This document shows positions 11,636-20,812 of a DNA stretch of 58,345 bases, in pieces. The position numbers and the translations under genes were made by a program. The DNA comes from Folioceros fuciformis (lineage: Eukaryota), in the NCBI GenBank assembly GCA_049999805.1, contig JBNGIO010005968.1, positions 54,297 through 112,641 of the forward strand. The letters run 5' to 3'. A model generated the notes under the pieces. That model was given only the letters and a program-made list of their open reading frames with translations. It searched no databases and was not told the origin of the DNA. Each line of letters starts with the position of its first letter. The stretch's first letter is position 1.

Positions 11636-14010
11636 ATGCTTGAATCTGCTGTTATGCATTTACCATGGATATCTGCCACTTGTGGAAATGAAGCCGTGTT
11701 GTCAAGGCTGGTGTACCACTGTCCAGCGACGAATGTGGCTCGTGATCACTCTGCTTCAGTGTCCTTGGTGCGGAGTTTGTCAGGCTTCAAGCATTGGCAT
11801 GGAAATGCAGTGCCACAAGGACAATTGAAAGCTGCACAATGGGGATATGTAGAAGAAGGTCACGACTCCCCTGAGAAAGTGCAATGTACAGGTGCAGTGC
11901 CAGTTGGGCCTGGCAAAGAAAGGTCATTTAGAAAGGTGCTGTGTCTGAGTAACGGGCATGGTGAAGATGTTATTGCTACAAGGGTTCTTGAGGAGCTTCA
12001 GGTAGTGACTCTGTAAAAGAACCTTTCCTACGAAATCATGTATCTGAGGTTGATTTGTACCGATTCTTTTCAGCTGACCTTCAACCTTGTTTTCAGGCAC
12101 TAGCAGCTTCCCAAGGAGTAGTACTGGACATTGAGGCCCTTCCATTGGTTGGTATGGGAAACTCATACATTCGCAGTGGATTCAGCACTGTCGGGGCATC
12201 CAAGAACATGCCTAGCGGGGGCTTTATCTACATGGATGTTCTGCAGTTCATAGGCGACTTGCGAGCAGGGCTGTTTTCACTCACTTTACACCAGGTATGA
12301 CCCATTTCTTTGTAAACGACGGTCATTTGAGGTCAAGAAGGGTGGAGTTGATTTTACTGTCTTAGTTCCGTCTACTTTATGTTCCCTCCCTGAAAGCAGC
12401 TGTTCCGTGTGGTGTTTGGTAAGTGGCGTACAGTTGTAGATTGGGTGGAGAAGAACTCAGATGGAGTCCTCATTGCAGTTGGAGATGTGTTCCCGTTGGC
12501 ACTGGCTTGGCTTGTGTCAAAACAAAAAAGCCATGAGATGTGCAAAGGCTTTGCTTTCATAGGAACAGCAAAAAGTGAGTTTTATGTACGAGGCGAGGAC
12601 GGGGAGCCATTGAAGCCTACAGGTGGTGTGTTCTACTCTTGTGATCACTGTCATCAAAAAACATTTGTTGTCAATTTTTGTTGCCTTAAGCCGTGCGAGT
12701 GTTGCTGCTTTTGCAGTGGAAACTGTTATATTTCCAGGAAGTATCTATCTCCCGTGGGAGCGGCATATGATGGCAAATGCCAAGTGTAGGTAAAATATCC
12801 TTGCAGTGGCGATGACCAAGTTGGTGACTGTGCAGTGTTTCTTGCGTCCGTCTTTGGATCAGACAATGCTCAGGAAAGTTTGGTTATTTGATCTACAGGT
12901 TGGTAGTGCCAAGGGACAGCCTCACTGCCGAGTTTTTGAGGCAACGGCTTCCCGTGTCCGCTCATGGGAAGGTAAGAAAATGAGACCCACAAGTCTCCTG
13001 TATGAAGTATGGTATTGTGTCTTGCAGGTTCCAGCCAGTTAATCTTGTGGAACGCAGGTACAATCCTTCGGGAATCCCATGATGGATGGACTACACCCAA
13101 CAGGGATTCTCAGTTCTCTCTGCCAGGACAATTCTGCCCGACGTCTTGCTCTTCTTCCTGGCTCCAGAGAACCTGAGGTTGTGCATCGTTTTCCAGCCAG
13201 CTGTTGTAGGTCTTTTCCTGTAACGATGACGATGTGATTGTCAATCAGACTGAGCCCCCCAGACGTTGTGCAGGTGCATGCCAACTGGCGTGTCCTGCTA
13301 GAAGTAGTGGATGCGGTGGTGACGAAGTTCGCACCAGGGAGTGTCAATTTTGTGGCACCTATCGTGCCCTCTCTTGAATCTCAAGAATTTGTGAAGGCGC
13401 TTGCAGACTGGGGTTGGCTACCAGGGGCAAGAAACAGCGAAAGCTTGTCACATGCCTGCCCAGTAAACCGCACGGACTCCATCTTTCCATTCACCAAAGG
13501 AAATACTGTGTTGTTTCTCCTTCGAGGAGGCTTCAGTGACTGTGCACATTGGTCAGAAGCTGGGATCGCCATGGCTGGAACCGCCACGGAGCAACTGGTA
13601 ACGAGATGTTGCCTCAATCCTGTGCTCATCTCCCTTCTACATCTTCATCTAAAGAGCGGACCGTTAATTGCAGGTTGGGCTCGGGAGACCTGTCTTCACC
13701 ATCCCTGGCAAAGGGCCTCAGTTCACTTATGCCTTCGCAGAGGCACAATCAAGACTCCTGGGGAGATCGGTATGTGTTGAAAGGGAGGGTGAGCAGGCTT
13801 GGATGGCACAGAGCTCTGATGTGTGTGGTTGCCATGCAGATAATACTGTGCTCATATCCGACAGATCTCGCCGCCAAGTTGCACAGAATTATGCACGCCC
13901 CGAGTGAGCTAAAGGAGGTGAGGGAAAACGGCATTCGGCGCATGGGACCAAGCGGGGCTGCTAAGAGGATAGCTCAGCATCTGTGGACCGAGCTGATCCT
14001 GGGAAGATAG
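11636..14010 (+). CDS. Lipid-A-disaccharide synthase (LpxB)-related GT-B protein, cyanobacterial TIGR03492-type, with a probable plastid transit peptide; exons 11636..12001, 12097..12294, 12424..12622, 12717..12789, 12899..12971, 13059..13177, 13274..13597, 13674..13769, 13840..14010
   Basis: LCLSNGHGEDVIA, ALPLVGMG, MPSGGFIYMD, IAVGD, FIGTAKSEFY, YLPWER, PRDSLTA, GNPMMDGL, LLPGSREPE, AMAGTATEQLVGLGRPV, GPQFTYAFAEAQSRLLG, NGIRRMGPSGAAKRIA; ~100-aa N-terminal extension. Confidence 0.85.
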
Positions 14011-14450
14011 AAACGACAGCAGGCACAGCACGCGCTTCTTGGCCAAATAAAGGCTCTCAACCACCTCCTTCGGAGGAATCTCCAGCTTGTGGTAGAGCAG
14101 ACCTCTTGCACCGGCGGCCACACGCCCCGGATCAGCAAGGCGAAGTCGCGTGAGTGTAGCAGGCAACAGGGGTACCTCCTCCGGGGCCACCGACGCACCT
14201 GCTTTCCATTTCCACATCCGCTTCACCTACCGTCATTCTGCAACTCCCGGCCCCATCAATGCGTCACCTCCCTGACACAGAAGAGCAAAAACGGAACCCT
14301 ACTGTATGCGGCTGCTTGCAACATTTCTCTCCGCTCTCCCTTCAACGCTCCCCTGTCTTCCAGTCCACGGCTTCGTAATCCGACTCTTCCTGGCCAGTGA
14401 CCGACATCTGGACCCGTCTCGGCTCTGTCGTCCTTCGCAGAACCTGCAGG

Positions 14451-14488
14451 GCCAGCGGGAGAGCTGCCATTCCAGCTCTCCCGCTGGC
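14451..14488. repeat. Perfect 16-bp inverted repeat with a 6-nt loop
   Basis: GCCAGCGGGAGAGCTG-ccattc-CAGCTCTCCCGCTGGC read directly. Confidence 0.95.
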
Positions 14489-14826
14489 GCCATCGACGTC
14501 ACCGCTTCCCTTCTCCCGCACGTCACGGCCAGTTCCAAGCGAGCCGATCGCCTTCCACACCGCCATTGCCTGACTCCCCGCCTTCCTTCCCAATGCGTCC
14601 GAATCAAAACAACCAAAAGCAGTCTACTTGAAATCCCATTTCGATGACCCTGGAAGCACACCGTTCAAGGAGCGGCTAAAGTGCATGAACCAGGCCAGGT
14701 AGGTTCGGTGCCGGCTTTCCTTCCCTCCTGACTAATAAATAAGTTTGGTGAACAGGATGTTTCGCAAGAGTATATGTGCAACATACTCATCATCATCGTC
14801 TTTATGTGCAACCACGTCTCAAAAGA

Positions 14827-15279
14827 ATGGCATTGTTCAGGGAATTTCTATCCGCTTACATATTACTCTTTATTATCTTTTTATTCCTAATACTAAGATT
14901 AAGTAAAGCAAACTATCTAATTACACCTATTACTACTCCCCTTAGTCATTTCTGCGGTCCAGATTTCGCACCTGGTGATTTAAAAATGTCAATAAAAGCT
15001 ACAGAATTAGATGGCTTAGTAAACGCGGGGTTTAACAAATTCCCTACCGAAATGCCATACTACTACGAACACTACCCACCTCCTTTGCCTACCTACTTCT
15101 GGGGCAGTATTAATTGCTACAGGAATGGATGCACAATGGAGAGTAGTATAAGCTGCATTCAATGCCTCCAAGATTTAAGATCATATCTTGATCAACTATG
15201 CCCACGAGCAACCGAAGCAGAGTATAGTGCAGTTGATTGCTTTCTAAGATTTTCATTCAATGGACCACTTGAAGAATAG
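14827..15279 (+). CDS. Secreted single-domain Gnk2/DUF26-like cysteine-rich protein, copy A
   Basis: Hydrophobic signal peptide; HFC, FWGSINC, CIQCL, LDQLCP and AEYSAVDCFLRFS match the Gnk2 layout; intronless. Confidence 0.75.
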   Translation: MALFREFLSAYILLFIIFLFLILRLSKANYLITPITTPLSHFCGPDFAPGDLKMSIKATELDGLVNAGFNKFPTEMPYYYEHYPPPLPTYFWGSINCYRNGCTMESSISCIQCLQDLRSYLDQLCPRATEAEYSAVDCFLRFSFNGPLEE

Positions 15280-16387
15280 CTCTATCACAACGAGCCCTAT
15301 ACTTTCCTATCGAGTAATGTAAGCTTAACATGACTTGCATGAAACTATTATGCCAATGTCTTATGTTTACTAATCTGGTCTTCTTGTTTCTTGTTAACAC
15401 GATTCACTTGATATTATATTTGTATTATATACTATTCCATTGCATATCATGCAATATTCGAAGGTGCAAAGTCTTCATGGATTATTAAAAAAATGAGGTG
15501 AACGTGCAGTCCATTATTTTTGAATCTCGAGGTGATTATGAGTTTCACATTGAGATGAAGGAGGTGTATTGGGCAGCATCAAATCACTTTACATGTACCT
15601 TACAACGGCCTAAATATGGCTGAAACGACACCAGAATATTGCAGTTAGGTTTCTAAGAAAGCGGCATTACCGTAACCAAAGAAAGATTGTTGTTAAGATG
15701 AAGTTACCCAACTAAGTGGTAGTTATTGTTTAGCTTATGCATTGAAGAGGATATTATAATTAGAATCCGAAGTTTCTATGACCACCACGTTATTATTATG
15801 GATAAGTTGATGTTCAATTTTGTCATTCGTTGTTATTGTGAAGTTTACCTTCAATCATTCTATGATAATGAACTTGATTTTCAACTTCATTTTATTATTG
15901 CAAAAATCTGTATATGTCTTTTTGAATATTAAATTACTCTACTTATGTTGTTGACTTTGGATATATGTATTTAAATATGTGTGATGGATATTTTGGTGTG
16001 GAAGGATAGTAGACACAGTGTGTAAGAGATAGAAAGTAAAATAAATTTATATTATAACTTATTTATGATTTATTTAATATAATATTCAAGTATATATTAA
16101 GTAGATGATAGGATCATAGACATGTGTTGACATGTTATTGAGCATTTCAGTTATGAGATTTTGCGTAGGGATTCGATTTAAGACCACGTCATCATTGATC
16201 TTAGATGGGTGGCGAAGGTTGTGCAAGCGCCAAAGTCCAAAAGTATTCTTAGTATGACCCTAAACCCTATTCTTTTTTACAAGACGAGTATACTTTCATC
16301 TCATTGTTCTTAAGACTCATAGGGCTATAAGCAAGGACTTTTCAAGATTCATTAACAAGTATGCCAAGGTTTATTAGAGTCATACAA

Positions 16388-16768
16388 ATGGGGTTCTCCT
16401 TCTTTCGGCAATGCATATCAATTGCTTTGCAAAGACCATTGCCCAATGTAGTTTCTAGAAGAGCAACACGTGCAGCTCAAGCAGCTAGAACAACAACAAG
16501 TGCAGGTCAAGCGGCTAGAACAGCAACAAGTGCAAGTTAAGTGGCTAGAAGTGCAAGTTAAGTGGCTAGAATAGCAACAAGTGCATGTTAAGCGGCTAGA
16601 AGTGCAAGTTAAGTGGCTAGAATAGCAACAAGTGCATGTTAAGCAGCTAGAAGTGCGAGTTAAGAGGCTAGAATAGCAACAAGTGCATATTAAGCGGCTA
16701 GAAGTGCAAGTTAAGTGGCTAGAATAGCAACAAGTGCATGTTAAGCGGCTTTTTCGACGGCATTGTTG
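16388..16768 (+). pseudogene. Decayed first exon containing an in-frame 30/21-nt (51-nt) tandem repeat
   Basis: ATG 16388 gives MGFSFFRQ...QAARTTTSAGQAARTATSAS then TAA; later repeat copies carry CAA>TAA; GTAAGT donor at 16769. Confidence 0.4.
16462..16750. repeat. Minisatellite with alternating 30-nt and 21-nt subunits (GCTAGAATAGCAACAAGTGCATGTTAAGCG / GCTAGAAGTGCAAGTTAAGTG)
   Basis: Direct tandem copies visible. Confidence 0.92.
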
Positions 16769-17220
16769 GTAAGTAAGCCTTTTGTTATTTCACATCATGA
16801 TATTTGTGGAGCAATTAAGCGGCTTCTTTTGGCACTGGTGGTAAGTAGGCCTTTTATTATTCTACATCATGACATTTTGGGAGTAATAAGTGGCTTTCTT
16901 TTTGGTAAGTAGGCTTTTTGTTATTCTACATCATGACATATTGGGAGCAATAAAGAAGCTTCTTTGGCATTAGTGGTAGGTAGGCTTTTTGCTGATGCCT
17001 ACAGATAGGCCTTTTGGCCTTTTGTTATTCCACATCATGACACGTTGGGAGTAGTAAAGCAACTTCTTAGTGGGCACTGTTGGGAGTAGTNNNNNNNNNN
17101 TAGTGGGCACTGTTGGGAGTAGTAAAGCAACTTCTTAGTGGGCACTGGTGCAGCTTCTTAGTGGGCACTGGTGGTAGGTAGGCCTTTTGTTATTCCACAT
17201 TATGACATTTTGAGAGCAGT
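16765..17220. repeat. Degenerate ~63-72 bp tandem repeat, about 5 copies (core GGTAAGTAGGCCTTTTGTTATTCYACATCATGACA), interrupted by a 10-N gap
   Basis: Core recurs near 16768, 16840, 16903, 16975 and 17172. Confidence 0.88.
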
Positions 17221-17819
17221 AGTTAGTTTTTTAGAATTATGTTCAAACGGGCTAGTACCTTTTGGAACTTTGGCCCTACATAGGTAATTCTTCCAACCTT
17301 TCGATTTTCCGATTTTTTGAGTAGATGGGACTTTCAATCTTTAGCCTTGATCGGGTTCTTATTCAGATCTTTGTAGTAGATGGAACTTTTGGTCTTTGGC
17401 CCTCTCTGGTCATTCTTTCAATCTTTGGAGTAATGAGACTTTCCATCTCTTATCGATAAAAGAAAATACCCTTTATTTTTCAATTATTGATACGAAATTT
17501 ATCTTTATTGTTAAAAGAAAGCTTAGGCAAGAAGAAAGGGGAAAATGAGAAGATAGAAAAAGATTAAAAAAAGAAAGAAAGAAAGAAAGAGGTTAGGTTC
17601 GTGAGGAAGGAGGATTTGAGAGCAAAGGTCCCGAGTTTGGAGTCGCTCATCAAGAAGTCCGTAACGAAGGACACGTTTATTCCTTTGGTAGTTAACCTCC
17701 GTCACCCGCAAAAATATCAGAGCAAAGTGCATTAGTTTAAAGAGCATTAAAGCCTTCCCATAATCTCCGCCTGGTCTGAAATTGTTAGCCGTTTGCTCGC
17801 AGCCTGGACTGTGAAAGAG

Positions 17820-18520
17820 CTCGCAAGACAGCCTACAAGGTGGAGCGTTTGGAGCTTGGTGAAGTCAGGCACGGGGGCCGTGAGCCGGTCGTGATACAGC
17901 TCCAGGTCCATCAAATCGAAGAGGCTGCTGGAGGAGGGCGGGATGACGCCATGGATTTTGCTGTACCGGATGCGGAGTTCCTGGATCTTCTTCAGGTTGC
18001 CAAATTGCTTAGTACTCTGGCCCCGCAGCTGGCTGGTGAGGCCCGCGATCTCGGCAGGCACGTTCAATCCTCCCAGCCGCAGGTCTGGACCAGGGAGGAG
18101 AGGCTGCCGTACTGCGGCGGAATGGTTCCCGTCCAGGTTGAGCATCTGCAGGCAGGGAAAGGGCAGCCCTGGCAAGGGACTGCTCAACTCGTTCCCGCTC
18201 TCCTTCAGCTAGTTTCTTGAGGTGGTTGTACGGCATACGCAGGTGCCGCAGGTGGCGGAGGCGCCGACGAGGCCGGGAGGGAGCCGAAGAAAATAGTATC
18301 GCCGTACAGGCAGAGGGTTTCCAGGAGGGCGGGCTGGCGAAGGTAGGCAGGCAGGGGGACGAAGACTGAGAAAGTTCTCTCGGAGGCTGAGAGTTGTGAG
18401 ATTCGATTCTGGCGTCCTCCAGGGGCAGGGTTCTGAGCTTCTCCAGCTTGCTTAAGCCGGTCGGCGTGGCGTGCTCCGGGAAAAGCACGTTTCCGAGGTG
18501 GAGCTCTTCTTCCGGGGCTT
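17820..18520 (-). pseudogene. Frameshifted extracellular plant LRR gene fragment (LRR-RLK/RLP-like)
   Basis: LSKLEKLRTL, LRHLRMPYNHL, LQMLNLDGNH, FGNLKKIQELRI, IHGVIPPS and LELYHDRLTAPVPDFTKLQTLHL fall in different frames; GC-rich patch inside AT-rich DNA. Confidence 0.7.
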
Positions 18521-18782
18521 TGCCTTCACACAAGCCTGACCATTCATTCTTCTTCGATTCACAAGCTCGGAGAATAGGCACATTGTTTAAGGACAGGGTT
18601 AAAAAACTAATAAAACGGCTTAAAGAACAGGGCTAGCTCACATCGGTTCTGCCTACTCCGGCGTCCGATTTATGATAAAAATATTGAAGGTTGTTGAACC
18701 GGAGGTGTTTTGAGAAGAGCACACATAAGAACTTCAAACCAGATTCACAATGTTTACCATAACGCGTTTCTGAAATCTGGCC

Positions 18783-19226
18783 ATGTCTAAACCGTCACAA
18801 CTAAGTTCCATCATATTCATGGTTATGTTTCTATTTTCATCCTCTAAAGCAATCATCGTCGTCACACCAAATACACATAAATTTTATCACAATTGCGAGG
18901 AAGACTTTGCAACTCGTGATATGAGGATGTCAATAAAGGACACTGAATTGGCTGGCTTGATACAGAAAGCATTCCTCAACTTCTCTCCAGGAATCCCACA
19001 CTACTATAAGAACTATCCACCCCCTTTGCCTGCTTATTTTTGGGGTAAGACCAATTGCTTTGATACTCCAAATACATGCAGACTAGACAGTGCTGCAAAT
19101 TGTCTAGTGTGTCTTCAAACTTTGAAGAAAATCCTTGACCAACTCTGTCCTCGAGCAAGTGCAGCTGAATACAGTGCAGTTGATTGCTACCTGAAATTTT
19201 CATTCAAAGGGCCAATTGAAGATTGA
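18783..19226 (+). CDS. Secreted single-domain Gnk2/DUF26-like cysteine-rich protein, copy B (paralog of 14827..15279)
   Basis: Shares MSIKxTELxGL, YPPPLPxYFWG, LDQLCPRA and AEYSAVDCxLxFSFxGP with copy A; signal peptide. Confidence 0.78.
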   Translation: MSKPSQLSSIIFMVMFLFSSSKAIIVVTPNTHKFYHNCEEDFATRDMRMSIKDTELAGLIQKAFLNFSPGIPHYYKNYPPPLPAYFWGKTNCFDTPNTCRLDSAANCLVCLQTLKKILDQLCPRASAAEYSAVDCYLKFSFKGPIED

Positions 19227-19529
19227 ATCCATTATCAAAGGTTAGAACTTTCTTCCTAAGCTATGTAACCCAAAGACTATCTTTGCCACTTCTGTCAATT
19301 GCTATCTGAAAATTTTCATTCAGAGGGCCAATTGAAGATTGAATCCATTATCAAAGGTTGGAACTTTCTTCCTAAGTTATGTAACCCAAAGACTATCTTT
19401 GCCACTTCTGTCAATTGCTATCTAAAATTTTCATTCAAAGGGCCAATTGAAGATTGAATCCTCTATCACAGGTTAGAACTTTCTTCCAAAGCTATGTAGC
19501 CCAAAGACTATCTTTGCCACTTATGTCAA
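19184..19529 (+). repeat. Three tandem copies (115-116 bp) of the Gnk2 copy B last codons, stop and proximal 3' UTR
   Basis: TTGCTA..AAATTTTCATTCARAGGGCCAATTGAAGATTGAATCC...GACTATCTTTGCCACTT starts at 19184, 19299 and 19415. Confidence 0.93.
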
Positions 19530-20812
19530 GAGTTCGTGAAGAAATGCTTACTACATAATCAGAAGCTTCATGTATAGACTATGATAAGCATTCAATCACA
19601 AATAAATCCATGATTGTTTGGTTCGATTTCTTATATTGTGTATTATGTAAAGGTAATATGATTATGATAAAATTAATATTTGATGTTAGTGGGTTTTTCT
19701 TTTCTCAATTGAAATATGAAGATGCTCTAGGATNNNNNNNNNNNNNNNNNNNNNNNNNNNNNNNNNNNNNNNNNNNNNNNNNNNNNNNNNNNNNNNNNNN
19801 NNNNNNNNNNNNNNNNNNNNNNNNNNNNNNNNNGCTCTAGGATATGTGGAGTGGTGGGTGTTCAATTTTATTAAGTTTTAAACACTTTTAGAATCCAAAA
19901 TAACTATATTTCAGAGATTGTATAATAGATAAAAAAATTAGAATAAAATTTTATTGTGAATGAATTAATAATATATGTAAATATTAAGTGAAAGCAAACC
20001 ATCACATTATCATAGACACAATTGGACATTTCGGGGCTTCAGATTTCACGTACATTTCCTGGATCTATGGCGGACTCGTCGTTTGTTTCTATAACAAGCT
20101 GCTTCTGTGACACGGGCTGTGTTGGGGCGGAAGATTAGAGGCAGAAAGTGCACTGTGGTGAAGAAGATGACGGGAGATTGGGGTGACGCAGAGTCGAGAT
20201 GGAGGCGAGCAAGTGAGTTGAGCCTCTAAGTTGAGTGGAGTGGAGTGGAGGTGCAGCCGGAGGCGAAGGTGGCTAAGAGCTGAAAGCAGCAGCCAAGTGG
20301 AGGTCAGTTCCTGTCGCCTTCATGTGTCTTGCTTTCTGAGATGGTGGTGCCTTTGTTGCCGCATTTCACAAGTGTGCTCCAAATGGAATGATGATATGTC
20401 CTCACAAAGCGCTGTGTCCGGCTTCTCGAGGGGCCTAGCTCTTGAAGAATTACTCATCCCTGCTAGGATGAGCTTTCTGCGTCTCACTCACTTGCAGTGA
20501 TGGCTTCTCCGACTGACACAACTGATTTTGGGTCTAGATTTCGTGCTCTTGTACAGTAGATTAGGGGATGTTCGTCTGACACGAGACTGCTGACCTGCTG
20601 GCTCAGTTTGGAATTTGGACACATCTCGGTAGTGTAGAGTCTACTCATACATCCTGACCGCGGGTGAATTTGCCGTTGGCATTCGAGGGCCTTTGATGGC
20701 TCAGCGCGTCGGTGGGTGGGCCCAAAACTTGGGAGTACAGGCTTGGCTGGATGTGGATCCACGCCACAAGCGTGGTCTGGCCAGCAGGGTATGGTACAGG
20801 AACTGATCCATG

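Noticed and set aside
16462-17220. Repeat arrays (also 30092..30292) as possible CRISPR
   Set aside because: No unique spacers, no cas genes, eukaryotic context.
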